Assembly: GCA_963666425.2 (NCBI GenBank)
Contig: OY762825.2
Coordinates: forward strand, 2,048,001 to 2,112,000
DNA from: Bacillota bacterium
Lineage (GTDB): Bacteria; Bacillota; JAAYKD01
Length of the DNA: 64,000 bases
Direction of reading: 5' to 3'
The position numbers and the translations under genes were made by a program. The notes under the pieces were generated by a model. The model was given only the letters and a program-made list of their open reading frames with translations. It made no database searches and was not told the origin of the DNA. Below, one piece after another: positions 39,349-49,538 of this stretch (position 1 is the first letter of the stretch; each line of letters begins with the position of its first letter).

Positions 39349-39984
39349 TCAAGTGCGCAAACGTTGAAAAATCCGAGCAGTGTAAGCATCCCAGGCCATG
39401 CTGTCGGTGTTGACAAGGACGGTTGGCAGCAAAGAATGCTGCGCACAGGCGACAAACTGCCGCTGCTTTTCGTTATAAGCGTCGAGATCATTTTGCGTAA
39501 AAATACGGTTGGGGTTGGCTTCCCGCTGCTGTAAGCGTGCCGGAACATTTTCCGGACTGATGCTGCATAAAACAGTCAGTGCATGTAATTGCGCCAGACG
39601 CTGCTGCAAGTCTAGATACTCTTCACTGCAGCAATCCTGAAAACAAACAGCAAAGTTTAAATGAAACCGTTCAAAGACAAAGAAGAGTCCCCGTGAGCGG
39701 CGGGAATGGATCCCCATGGAATTTGCATAGTGATTCAATTGTTCCAGGAGAGCGACTCGTTCCTGCAGCACCTGCAGATTTTCTGCTCGGCTCATTCCCT
39801 GCAGGACGCCATTGACCCAATTCAGATTCTGCGAATAATGTTCCGCCAGGTAAATGACATTGCGTTCGGCTCCCGCTTCTGTGAGGTGATAGCGTTGGAT
39901 CGCATTGAAAAGAGAAGTCTTGCCGGAACAGGAGGGCCCCTCAAGAATAATGCCGCAGATTTGCTCTGACATACCTGCCACCAT
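39349..39984 (-). CDS. P-loop NMP/dNMP-kinase-like protein
   Basis: IILEGPSCSGKTS Walker A; FERFH resembles the DR/ER motif of thymidylate-kinase-like proteins. Confidence 0.65.
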   Translation of the reverse strand: MVAGMSEQICGIILEGPSCSGKTSLFNAIQRYHLTEAGAERNVIYLAEHYSQNLNWVNGVLQGMSRAENLQVLQERVALLEQLNHYANSMGIHSRRSRGLFFVFERFHLNFAVCFQDCCSEEYLDLQQRLAQLHALTVLCSISPENVPARLQQREANPNRIFTQNDLDAYNEKQRQFVACAQHSLLPTVLVNTDSMAWDAYTARIFQRLRT

Positions 39985-40078
39985 CCTTATGTGAAAATCC
40001 GTCAGGACAACAGGGACCGTTTGCTTTCTGTCGTAATCCTGACTGTGCGAAACTTAGGGAAGCACCAAGGGATTGCCT

Positions 40079-40720
40079 TTATTTGAGATAAGACAGCAAA
40101 TCAGCCAGACGCTGCAGGCGATAATCCGGCTGCAGTTCATCCCAGACCGTTGTGGGGAAGTTGCTCCAGAGTACCGCGGCAGAAGGGGAGCCCGCTGCTT
40201 TGGCGCAGAGAATATCATAGGGACTGTCACCGATATAAAGTGCGGCGGACGGTTCGATCTGCAGGAGTCTGCAAGCCTCCAGCAAGGGTTCTGCCTGCGG
40301 TTTGTGAATTTTAGTATCTTCTTCGCAGACATAAACCTGAAAGAACGCTTCCATCTGAAAAAGGCGGATGCCTTTCATCACGGTAGGACGTTTTTTGGAA
40401 GAAACAATACCCATCGTATAACCTGCCTGCTGCAAGGCATGCAAATCTTCATTAATATAAGGGAAGGGCTGGGCCATCTGATCGTGCACCGCCAGATTGT
40501 GCTGGCGATAGACTTGCAGCATTTCCTGGACAACGGCTGCGTCTTTGGTGTAACGGCCGAAGGAATAAGTTAAAGGGCGGCCGTAGTCATAGAGAACTTC
40601 TTCAGCCGAGATATCCAAACCCAGCACCGAGCGAAAGGTATGCTGAAACGAAGCTACGACCAAAGCGCGGGTATCGATCAGAGTACCGTCCAAATCAAAG
40701 AGCAGGGTGGTCGGATTCAT
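40079..40720 (-). CDS. ppaX: HAD-IA phosphatase, PpaX-like
   Basis: FDLDGTL.DT, K.HKP..EP and YIGDS..DI motifs. Confidence 0.85.
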   Translation of the reverse strand: MNPTTLLFDLDGTLIDTRALVVASFQHTFRSVLGLDISAEEVLYDYGRPLTYSFGRYTKDAAVVQEMLQVYRQHNLAVHDQMAQPFPYINEDLHALQQAGYTMGIVSSKKRPTVMKGIRLFQMEAFFQVYVCEEDTKIHKPQAEPLLEACRLLQIEPSAALYIGDSPYDILCAKAAGSPSAAVLWSNFPTTVWDELQPDYRLQRLADLLSYLK

Positions 40721-41135
40721 GTAATTGCGTCTCCTCTGCTTTAATTCTTGGCGCTATCTTATCAAGCAGAAGTCGGTCATTATCGTGAGCCAGCATCGCC
40801 TGCACTTCTTCCACCGGAGCAAATACCGCTTCGATGAAGCCTTCCCGTCGGTTTAAGGTATAATAGGGGTCTTCTACCCGCATCCAAAACCAATGCACGA
40901 TTTTATTGTGCAGCCTGCCGGAGGAATTGAATTGATAGCTGGTTTCGCCAATGGCTTCATGAATAACTGCCTTTAAGCCAACTTCTTCTTCCACTTCTCT
41001 TAAGGCCGCAATTTCCGGCGTTTCGTTTTCTTCCAAGTGACCCTTGGGAAAGACCCAGCTGCCAAAGCGGTTGCGTGCCACCAGCACATTGCCGCGATAG
41101 ACGATTACGCCACCTGCCGACTCTTCATTGACCAT
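40695..41135 (-). CDS. NUDIX hydrolase (Ap4A-hydrolase-like)
   Basis: SAGGV, W.FPKGH.E..ET...AALREVEEEVG; GAGGAGG RBS. Confidence 0.9.
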   Translation of the reverse strand: MVNEESAGGVIVYRGNVLVARNRFGSWVFPKGHLEENETPEIAALREVEEEVGLKAVIHEAIGETSYQFNSSGRLHNKIVHWFWMRVEDPYYTLNRREGFIEAVFAPVEEVQAMLAHDNDRLLLDKIAPRIKAEETQLHESDHPAL

Positions 41136-41401
41136 AAAAAACGCCTCCTCGCAGGTTTGTTTCATTGTATACAGTATAGCATATTTCAAAATGAGGGTAA
41201 AGGTAGATCCCTGCGGAATCTGCAGTTTATTCTCAAGCATAAGAGAAAGGAGAACGACAGCAGCAAGAAACACCGCGGCCGAGCGGCCAATCTGTGCAGC
41301 GGGCGATGGACAAAGGAAATGGCTGTCGATGTCTCGAATCAAAGCAGACGACAACAGGAGAAGCTGCGGCAGTGCAAACGCGTGAGAAGGAGGCGGGATC
41401 T

Positions 41402-43177
41402 GTGCAATATCGTTATATTACAAAAACGGAACAGCTGGAAGCAGCCGTAGCGCAGCTGAGCGGCCAGCGGCTGCTGGCGATCAGTATCCAGGCGACAGGT
41501 CCCGATCCTTATTTGCATCCTCTGCAGATGATTGGCTTGAATACAGACAAGGATACGGTTTGGCTGGTGGAATTCACTTGCTTTCCGAATGATGCCAGCA
41601 GAGCCCCTTTACGTCGGTTATTGGGCGACGCCAAGACGGTGAAAGTGCTCTATCAGGCCAAAGAAGCGGTTGAATTCTGCAAAGTCAATAACCTTTTGCT
41701 GCATGGCAGTTTGTTTGATCCTTTTTTGGCGGCTCAATTACTCACAACACAGCAAGGACCGCAGGATTATCAACTGGCTGCTTTGTCGCAGTTTTTTTTG
41801 CAGCATCCGCTGACCGTTCTGCCGGAAGGCAGCAGCCAGGAGCAGCACAGCCGGGAAGACACGCTGCTGCTGCAGGCGCAAGCCACCGCAGTTTTATTAC
41901 CACTGCGTGCGGCGATGGTTAAGCAATTGCTGGAGAATCGGCTGGTGGATGTGGCTAAAATAGAATTCGACTGTGTCTATGGCGTGGCCGATATGGAATT
42001 GACCGGCATGTACTTAAATCAGCAGGAATTGCAGACCTTAGGCGATCAGCTGCACAGGGAAGCTGCCCGCCTGGAAAAAGAGTTGGCTCCCTTGCTTTCT
42101 TCCGAAAAAACACAGATGAATTTACTGGGAGAGGCGGAAACGACGGCGGTCAATCTGGACAGTCCGGAACAGCTGCGCGCCGCCTTAGCGCGCCGCGGCA
42201 TTGATTTACCCGATACCAGCCGGCACACGCTGACACAATTGGCAGCGACTTACCCGGAAGTTGCACAGCTGCTGCAGTACCGTAAAATCGCGAAGCAATT
42301 GAATACTTTTATCGATGCCTTGCCGAGTTTTATCCATCCGCTGACCGGACGGATTCATTCGCATTATCAGCAAATGGGAGCCGGCAGCGGCAGATTTTCC
42401 TGTTCTTCGCCAAATATCCAAGGTACACCCAGGGATGAAGCCTTCCGCAATTGTTTCCAGGCTGCACCGGGCAATGTGCTCGTGATTGCCGATTATTCGC
42501 AAATTGAACTGCGCGTGGCGGCGGAAGTTGCCCAGGATACCCGGATGATCAAAGCCTATCGGGAAGGGCAGGATTTGCATCGCCTCACGGCTGCCTTGGT
42601 TACCGGTCTGCCGATCGAATTAATCGACAAGAAGCAGCGTCAGGCGGCGAAAGCGATTAATTTTGGCCTGGTCTATGCTATGGGAGCCAGGGGACTGCAG
42701 ACTTACGCGCGGGATACGTACGGTGCTGAGATGACGCTGGAACAGGCTGAACAATTCCGGCAGCGCTTCTTTATGGCTTATCGGGGCATTGCCCGCTGGC
42801 ATCAGAAGGTTCGCCTGCAAAATGAAGCAGACCGCAAAGCGGGCGTTCCGGCGGAAACACGTACTCTCAGCGGCAGACGTTATATTTGGAGTACTGCCGC
42901 AGGGTTAGCCGGCTTATACAATATGCCGGTGCAGGGGACGGCAGCCGATATTGCCAAAAAAGCGATCTGCTTGATTGAACAGGAAAATGTCAATCCCAAG
43001 TGGCACCTGATCGGCTTCGTCCACGATGAAATACTGATGGAAGTACCGCAGGAGGATGGTGTGGCTGCCAAGTATTTTTTAAAGACTCAAATGGAACGGG
43101 CAGGTAAATTCATTCTAAAAACAGTTCCCGTGACGGCGGAAGCCAATATCGGCAACAGCTGGGCCGACGCAAAATAA
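41402..43177 (+). CDS. Family A DNA polymerase, Klenow-like (no 5'-3' nuclease; degenerate 3'-5' exonuclease)
   Basis: Motif A IADYSQIELR, motif B RQAAKAINFGLVY, motif C VHDE, GR.S...PN.Q; AAGGAGG RBS before GTG 41402. Confidence 0.92.
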   Translation: MQYRYITKTEQLEAAVAQLSGQRLLAISIQATGPDPYLHPLQMIGLNTDKDTVWLVEFTCFPNDASRAPLRRLLGDAKTVKVLYQAKEAVEFCKVNNLLLHGSLFDPFLAAQLLTTQQGPQDYQLAALSQFFLQHPLTVLPEGSSQEQHSREDTLLLQAQATAVLLPLRAAMVKQLLENRLVDVAKIEFDCVYGVADMELTGMYLNQQELQTLGDQLHREAARLEKELAPLLSSEKTQMNLLGEAETTAVNLDSPEQLRAALARRGIDLPDTSRHTLTQLAATYPEVAQLLQYRKIAKQLNTFIDALPSFIHPLTGRIHSHYQQMGAGSGRFSCSSPNIQGTPRDEAFRNCFQAAPGNVLVIADYSQIELRVAAEVAQDTRMIKAYREGQDLHRLTAALVTGLPIELIDKKQRQAAKAINFGLVYAMGARGLQTYARDTYGAEMTLEQAEQFRQRFFMAYRGIARWHQKVRLQNEADRKAGVPAETRTLSGRRYIWSTAAGLAGLYNMPVQGTAADIAKKAICLIEQENVNPKWHLIGFVHDEILMEVPQEDGVAAKYFLKTQMERAGKFILKTVPVTAEANIGNSWADAK

Positions 43178-43198
43178 AAGTGAGAATCGAATGGATAA

Positions 43199-43243
43199 AA
43201 AAACCGCCTCCCGCTGTTTAAAAGTACAGCGGGAGGCGGTTTA
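43199..43243. terminator. Bidirectional terminator
   Basis: AAAACCGCCTCCCGCTGT...ACAGCGGGAGGCGGTTTT. Confidence 0.9.
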
Positions 43244-43280
43244 TTCGGCTGAAGTTGATTTATGAAGAAACAGCGTTCTC

Positions 43281-43712
43281 CTATTCGTTTTCGCTTTTTT
43301 GCATATTGTGATACATCCGATCCAGGAAAAGATACAGTTGTTCGATTTCGGATTCATTGAAGTCCTGGTAGCAGATGTTTTCCACTTCAACGAAGATACG
43401 TTCAATTTCCTGCAGCGTTTGCTGTCCTTTATCGGTTAAGAATGTTCGCATGACGCGGCGGTCTTTGGCATCCGCTTCGCGGTAAATCAATTCGGTTTGC
43501 TCCATGCCGCTTAAAATACTGGTTGCGGTAGCCGGTTCGATGTTGCAGCTTTCTGCGATTTCCCGCTGCATGGCGCCGGCATGGGTGGAGAGATAATACA
43601 GTAATTTTGGCTGTGCACTGCTCAGACCTATCTTCGCAAAACGGTTGGTGGTTTCGCGCCAGTGGCTGCGGAACAAACGGCCAAGATAGATATGTAGTTC
43701 ATCGTTCTTCAT
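43281..43712 (-). CDS. MarR family transcriptional regulator
   Basis: GLS..Q..LL.YL, Q.EIA and D..DRR.....LT.KG motifs. Confidence 0.93.
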   Translation of the reverse strand: MKNDELHIYLGRLFRSHWRETTNRFAKIGLSSAQPKLLYYLSTHAGAMQREIAESCNIEPATATSILSGMEQTELIYREADAKDRRVMRTFLTDKGQQTLQEIERIFVEVENICYQDFNESEIEQLYLFLDRMYHNMQKSENE

Positions 43713-43774
43713 GATCTTTACCTTCCTATATCGATTTGATTCGTTTCCTAAACTATTAGCTTCCTTAATATGTA

Positions 43775-43803
43775 ATTATAAATGCGCTTTGCTGCAGTGT
43801 CAA
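43775..43803 (-). promoter_or_regulatory. Consensus sigma-A promoter of the marR-like gene
   Basis: TTGACA-17 bp-TATAAT on the minus strand. Confidence 0.85.
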
Positions 43804-43925
43804 GATGAAAAGTACTAGATTTTCGTGTGAATATGAGATATAAGATAATTTCTTCGTTGCTACTTGACACAAACAGATGCTGGGGGTTACAATTATAATT
43901 CAGTAAACTGGTGGAGGTTATGTGA

Positions 43926-45419
43926 ATGGATGTAGAACAATATAAAAACTACTATGATAATTTTGCAGACTATCGCGTCGATAAACTAAAAATGCTGCAG
44001 GAGGCAGGTGTTCAAGTCTATCCTGAGCGCTTTCCTGTCAGCCATGCTTTAAAAGATGCGTATCTCTTACCGGATGGCACAGCGGATGTCCGGATTGCCG
44101 GACGTGTCATTTCAATGCGCAAGATGGGTAAGATTACCTTTGGACATCTGCAGGATCTCGAGGGTAAACTGCAGTTTGTTCTCAAGAAGAATACCTTGGA
44201 AGATCAATATGATTTTTTCCATAAGATTGTCGATATCGGCGATTTCTTTGGTTTTACCGGAACTCTGTTTACCACCAACAGCGGCGAGCGTTCTCTGCAG
44301 GTGGAAAGCTACACTTTTCTGGGTAAGGCGCTGCGGGAATTGCCGGAAAAATGGCATGGTTTGGCGGATACCGAATTACGTTATCGTCAACGCTATCTTG
44401 ATTTGATTTCCAATGAGGAAACCCGCAGGGTCGTCCTGATGCGCTCCAAATTGCTGAGCACGATCCGGCATTTCCTGGAGGATAGGGGCTTTTTGGAAGT
44501 GGAGACACCGATCCTGACCAATAAAGCGTCCGGTGCCCTGGCGACGCCTTTTGTGACCCATCATAATTCACTCGATATGGATGTTTACCTGCGGATCGCG
44601 CCGGAGACTTATCTGAAACGCCTGATCGTAGGCGGCTTTCAGCATGTTTTCGAGGTGGCCCGCTGTTTCAGAAACGAAGGAATCAGTCCGGTCCATTTAC
44701 AGGACTTCACCATGATCGAGGGTTACAGTGCTTACTTTAATTACCAGGATAATATGAAGATGCTGCGGGAATTGATCCTGGCTGTGCTGGAGGAATTGTT
44801 TGGCACCACTTTATTGAAAATCGGTGAGCAGGAGATCGATTTCAGCCAAGAATGGCCGGTCATCTCCTTCCGTGAATTAATCCTTAATGATACAACAATT
44901 GATATCGACGCCTGTCCGGACGCTGCTGCGCTGCTGGCTGCCATTCGCGGACAAGGAATCAAACTGGAACATGAAAATCTGGAGAGCTTAGGCAAAGGGA
45001 ATCTGATTGATCAATTATATAAAAAGGTCAGCCGCCCCTTTATGATCCGTCCGGTTTTTCTGATCTGTCATCCGCTCGATCTTTCTCCGTTGGCGCGGCG
45101 CAATGATGAGAACAATCAGATTGTCGATCGTTTTCAACTGGTAGTCAACGGTGCAGAACTGATCAATGCCTATTCTGAATTGGTCGATCCGGTGGATCAG
45201 CGCATGCGTTTGGAACAGCAGGCAGGCTTGCGCAGTCAAGGCGATGCCGAAGCGATGCCGCTCGATCATGAGTACCTCAAGTCTATGGAATATGGCATGC
45301 CGCCGATTTCTGGTTGGGGCATGGGGATTGATCGCTTATTGCAGGTGCTTTTAAACCTGGAGAATATTCGCGACGGAGTCTTATTTCCCTTGATGCGTCC
45401 TTTGGAAGATGAAGTGTAA
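43926..45419 (+). CDS. lysS: Lysine--tRNA ligase (class II)
   Basis: OB-fold R.MGK..F, RYRQRYLDL, LRIAPE.YLKRL..GG, FRNEG and GMPP..G.G.GIDRL motifs. Confidence 0.95.
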   Translation: MDVEQYKNYYDNFADYRVDKLKMLQEAGVQVYPERFPVSHALKDAYLLPDGTADVRIAGRVISMRKMGKITFGHLQDLEGKLQFVLKKNTLEDQYDFFHKIVDIGDFFGFTGTLFTTNSGERSLQVESYTFLGKALRELPEKWHGLADTELRYRQRYLDLISNEETRRVVLMRSKLLSTIRHFLEDRGFLEVETPILTNKASGALATPFVTHHNSLDMDVYLRIAPETYLKRLIVGGFQHVFEVARCFRNEGISPVHLQDFTMIEGYSAYFNYQDNMKMLRELILAVLEELFGTTLLKIGEQEIDFSQEWPVISFRELILNDTTIDIDACPDAAALLAAIRGQGIKLEHENLESLGKGNLIDQLYKKVSRPFMIRPVFLICHPLDLSPLARRNDENNQIVDRFQLVVNGAELINAYSELVDPVDQRMRLEQQAGLRSQGDAEAMPLDHEYLKSMEYGMPPISGWGMGIDRLLQVLLNLENIRDGVLFPLMRPLEDEV

Positions 45420-45537
45420 ACAAGACAGAGCGAAGGATGGCCGCGCAGCCAAGTCCCGAGGCGGGAAACCGGCGCAGGCAGCGAACCGCGCTCAAATCAG
45501 AACTTTCAATGCTGCAGAGTGAAGAGGTGTAAAGGAC

Positions 45538-46110
45538 ATGCGCTTTTTGGGACGCATTACCGACAGACAAGTGACCGGAGAAGATCTTGGTCTGGTGTCT
45601 CGTATCTCTCGTTATGGCTCAAGAGGCGTGGTCATCAATGATCAGGGAAAAATTGCTTTAATGTACTTAAGAAAGCTCAGTATCTATAAACTGCCCGGCG
45701 GCGGTATCTTAACAGGCGAAAGCAAAGAAGCGGCTTTTATCAGAGAAGTCCGGGAAGAAACCGGTTTTCCGGTGGAAATTTTAGCGGAAATCGGGACGAT
45801 TGAGGAGCATAAAGCCCAAAATCATTATCTGCAGCTTTCTTATTGTTTTGTTGGCAGGGTTTGCGGAGAAGCGATTGGGAATGACTTGAGCGCCAATGAG
45901 AGACGGCTGGGTTTTGAATTGCGTTGGTTTACACCCAAGCAAGCCAGCTTTCGCATGCGCAAGAACCAGTGCGTTGATTATACCATGAAGTATATCCTGC
46001 TGCGTGACCGCGTTGTCCTGCGCGAAGGTTTATATTGGTTAAAGCAGAATCCTCAGCCATTGTTCCGTAAAACAGCTTCCGAAGAACCGAAAACCCAAAG
46101 TGAAGCATAA
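45538..46110 (+). CDS. NUDIX hydrolase
   Basis: KLPGGG...GES...A..REVREETG. Confidence 0.9.
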   Translation: MRFLGRITDRQVTGEDLGLVSRISRYGSRGVVINDQGKIALMYLRKLSIYKLPGGGILTGESKEAAFIREVREETGFPVEILAEIGTIEEHKAQNHYLQLSYCFVGRVCGEAIGNDLSANERRLGFELRWFTPKQASFRMRKNQCVDYTMKYILLRDRVVLREGLYWLKQNPQPLFRKTASEEPKTQSEA

Positions 46111-46346
46111 GACAGATGTTTTTTTAAAGGGACTGGGTTTGATTTTTCATTTTTGTTTCTTTTCATCAATCATTGCACCATGTGGCTGTTTATGCTATAA
46201 AATGTTTTTATTTGACCGGATATGATACACAAATTTCATATGATAGGCAGGATTCAGTGAAAACAGCGGCGAATTTAAATAGAAGCTGCTGAGTCATGCC
46301 TAGATGTTCAGAAGCGATCGAAAGGTACATGGGGAGGATTTTTAAC

Positions 46347-47366
46347 ATGTTTGGTTTTGGTATGGATGTTGGCATCGATTTGGGGACCGCCAGTGTTTTG
46401 GTTTCCATTAAGAATAGAGGTATTGTACTCAATGAACCGTCTGTCGTCGCGGTAGACAGAGATACAGGCAAGATGCTTGCCATCGGGGAAGAAGCGCGCC
46501 AAATGATTGGTCGTACCCCGGGCAATATCATCGCTGTGCGGCCGATGCGGGAAGGTGTCATCGCTGATTATGATGTGACGCAGCAGATGCTGCAGGCGTT
46601 TATTCGCAAAGTCTGCGGTAAAAATCGTTTCTTCGGACCGCGGTTGATGATTGGAGTTCCCTCCGGAATCACAACAGTCGAACAAAGAGCGGTACTGGAA
46701 GCAGCCAGCGAAGCCGGAGCACGCCAGACCTTCCTGATCGAAGAACCTTTGGCAGCTGCCTTGGGTGCCGGTATCGATGTGGCAAAACCGAATGGCGCCA
46801 TCGTGGTGGATATTGGCGGCGGCACAACTGATGTCGCAGTCATTTCTTTAGGCGGCATCGTTGTCTCGGAAGCAGCCCGCATTGCCGGTGATAAGTTGGA
46901 TGAAGCAATCATTCGCTTTATGCGCAATGAATATCGCCTGCTGATTGGCGAACGTACCGCCGAAGATATCAAGATTCAAGCCGGCACTGCCTTTCCGGGT
47001 TCGCGTGAAGTTTATCTGGAAGTGCGCGGACGTGATTTGGTCACCGGTTTGCCTAAAAATGTGACAATCACTTCTCATCAAGCCATGACCGCAATGCAGG
47101 AACCGATCGACAGTATCGTCAGCCTGGTAAAAACCGTTTTGGAACGCACTCCACCGGAATTGGCGGCCGATATTATGGACCGTGGCATCATCATGACCGG
47201 CGGCGGCGCTTTGATTGATGGCCTGGATAAACTGATGACGCAGGAAACCGGGATTCATACTTATGTAGCTGATAACCCGATCGAATGTGTCGGTTTGGGT
47301 ACCTGTCTGGCGCTGGATTCCCTGAATTTCCTGGAAAAGAATCTGATCAGCAGCCGCAAACGCTAG
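46347..47366 (+). CDS. mreB: Rod shape-determining actin (MreB/Mbl)
   Basis: GIDLGTA, EPSVVA, DIGGGTT and GGGA motifs; may be the mbl paralog because mreCD do not follow. Confidence 0.93.
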   Translation: MFGFGMDVGIDLGTASVLVSIKNRGIVLNEPSVVAVDRDTGKMLAIGEEARQMIGRTPGNIIAVRPMREGVIADYDVTQQMLQAFIRKVCGKNRFFGPRLMIGVPSGITTVEQRAVLEAASEAGARQTFLIEEPLAAALGAGIDVAKPNGAIVVDIGGGTTDVAVISLGGIVVSEAARIAGDKLDEAIIRFMRNEYRLLIGERTAEDIKIQAGTAFPGSREVYLEVRGRDLVTGLPKNVTITSHQAMTAMQEPIDSIVSLVKTVLERTPPELAADIMDRGIIMTGGGALIDGLDKLMTQETGIHTYVADNPIECVGLGTCLALDSLNFLEKNLISSRKR

Positions 47367-47387
47367 ACAATTGTTTTTCTCGTTATA

Positions 47388-47424
47388 AAAATCCGCCCGA
47401 GCACTCAGCTCAGGCGGATTTTTT
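47388..47424. terminator. Bidirectional terminator
   Basis: AAAATCCGCC.GAGC...GCTC.GGCGGATTTT. Confidence 0.85.
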
Positions 47425-47456
47425 TCATCGAAATGAGGAAACGGGTAAGCGAAAGC

Positions 47457-49130
47457 TTAACCGATTTCCATGATAATCGGTAGGATCATCGGCGTGCGTT
47501 CGGTCTTTTCAAACAAATAGCCGCTCAAGGCATCCCGTAAGCTGTTTTTAATCAGGTTTAGGTCGGTATTGCCGATTTGAACCTGTTCTGCCACGATACC
47601 CTTGACCAACTGACGGATGTCCCGCATCAGTTCTTCCGATTCCTTGACATAAATAAAACCACGGGTCAGAATTTCCGGTCCGCTGAGGATATTTTTATGG
47701 CTATGGTCCATTGCCATCACTACCGTTAGGGTGCCATCCAAAGACAATTGCTTTCTGTCACGCAGCACCACATTGCCCACGTCGCCGACGCCCGAGCCGT
47801 CGACATAAACCGGACCGGCTGTGACGGTGCCGACCTTACGCAGCGATTCTTCGGAAATCTCAATCACGTCGCCGATTTCCGCCAAATAACTGCGGGCACG
47901 GCCGATGCCCATTTCTTCGGCCAAACGCACCATGCTGGCCTGATGCCGGTACTCGCCATGGAAAGGGATGACATAACGCGGCTGCGTCAGGCTGAGGATC
48001 AGTTTTAATTCTTCGCGGCTGGCATGACCAGAAACGTGGACCTCGCTCATCCCCTGATGGATGACGGTAGCACCGCAGCGATAGAGTCCGTCGATGACTT
48101 TGCTGACCAAGCGCTCATTGCCGGGGATTGGCGAAGAGGAGAGGATGACCAGATCACCCTCGCGAATGTTGACTTTGGGATGGCTCTGCACGGCCATGCG
48201 GGTCAGTCCGGCCAGCGGTTCCCCTTGGGAACCGGTAGAAATAATCAGCAGTTCATTGTCTTTGATCGAACTGACTGCTTCAATTGGCAGATAGTTTTTA
48301 TCATTATATTTTAAGTAACCCAAACGGCCGGCAATCTCAATATTATTGATCATGCTGCGGCCGACCGCTGAAACCTTGCGGCCGTATTTTTCTGCAACAT
48401 CAAAGACTTGCTGGATGCGATGAATATTGGAAGCGAACGAGGCGATGATGATGCGGCCTTCGGTATGGCTGCGCAGAATTTCTTCAAACGTTTTACCAAC
48501 GACGCGCTCCGATTTGGTGAAGCCTTCCCGCTCGGCATTGGTCGAGTCGATCATCAGCGCCAGTACGCCTTCCTGACCATAGGCGCCCAGCTTCTGCAAA
48601 TTGATCGTCGGTCCGGAGACCGGCGTCTGGTCAATCTTAAAGTCGCCGGTATGGATCAGGATGCCTGCCGGTGTGCGGATAGCCAAAGCAAAGCTATCCG
48701 GGATGCTGTGATTATTCTGGATAAATTCAACTTTGAAATGGCGGCCAAACTGCACGATGTCACCGTTTTGAATCGTGTGGGTTTCCGCTGTTAATTTGTG
48801 TTCTTTCAGCTTGTTTTCCAATAAGCCCAAGGTCAGCGTGGAACCCCAAATTGGAATTTTGAGCTGCTGTTCCAGATAAGCGACCCCGCCGATGTGGTCT
48901 TCGTGACCATGGGTGAGACAGAGTCCTTTGATCAGGTCCTTGTGTTCCAAGACGTAAGAAAAATTGGGAATGATGTAATCGATGCCGGGCATATCGTCCC
49001 CGGGGAATTTTAAACCGGTATCGATCAGGATGATTTCCTGCCCAAAACGCAGTGCCGTCATATTCTTACCGATTTCGCTCACACCGCCCAAGGGAATGAG
49101 TTGTAATTTGTTTGTACCTTTTTTAGCCAT
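47457..49130 (-). CDS. rnj: Ribonuclease J
   Basis: PLGG..EIGKN, THGHEDHIG, TGDFK and HVSGH motifs. Confidence 0.97.
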   Translation of the reverse strand: MAKKGTNKLQLIPLGGVSEIGKNMTALRFGQEIILIDTGLKFPGDDMPGIDYIIPNFSYVLEHKDLIKGLCLTHGHEDHIGGVAYLEQQLKIPIWGSTLTLGLLENKLKEHKLTAETHTIQNGDIVQFGRHFKVEFIQNNHSIPDSFALAIRTPAGILIHTGDFKIDQTPVSGPTINLQKLGAYGQEGVLALMIDSTNAEREGFTKSERVVGKTFEEILRSHTEGRIIIASFASNIHRIQQVFDVAEKYGRKVSAVGRSMINNIEIAGRLGYLKYNDKNYLPIEAVSSIKDNELLIISTGSQGEPLAGLTRMAVQSHPKVNIREGDLVILSSSPIPGNERLVSKVIDGLYRCGATVIHQGMSEVHVSGHASREELKLILSLTQPRYVIPFHGEYRHQASMVRLAEEMGIGRARSYLAEIGDVIEISEESLRKVGTVTAGPVYVDGSGVGDVGNVVLRDRKQLSLDGTLTVVMAMDHSHKNILSGPEILTRGFIYVKESEELMRDIRQLVKGIVAEQVQIGNTDLNLIKNSLRDALSGYLFEKTERTPMILPIIMEIG

Positions 49131-49538
49131 GTTACCTCCATAAGTTTCGCGATAACCTTGTTATCTTGACCGTATTTACTCTGATTTCAGCTGTCTTGTG
49201 GTATAACAGCGCTTTGGTCTGTTTGCCTGCAGCTTTTTATAATTATGCTTAGAAATTGACCAGCATAAATCCTAGTTATTCTATTTTACTCTCTTTTACA
49301 TTTTTTCACAACAGGTAAACTCCACTTATTGCTAACATTTTATGAAATAATTCGCGTAGTAAAGGAAAACAAAATCACTTCGTCGAAGTTTCATGCAAGT
49401 TCCTCTGATTTTTAAGGAACTTTCAGGGTACTGCCTTTCGTCTTTAATCAAGACAGAATGTAATATAGATCGATATGTGTCAAACAAAAGTGTCTTCGGC
49501 TGCGCTCGTGAGCAGTCGGTGTCAGCAGGAGGAGAATC

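Noticed and set aside
41135-43177. Prophage origin for the family A polymerase
   Set aside because: No integrase, primase/helicase or structural genes nearby; the flanks are ordinary chromosomal genes.
45420-45537. GC-rich intergenic segment after lysS as SRP RNA or another ncRNA
   Set aside because: It has a CGG-GAAA-CCG mini-hairpin but lacks the SRP helix-8 consensus (CAGG...GGAA...AGCAG); no recognisable family.
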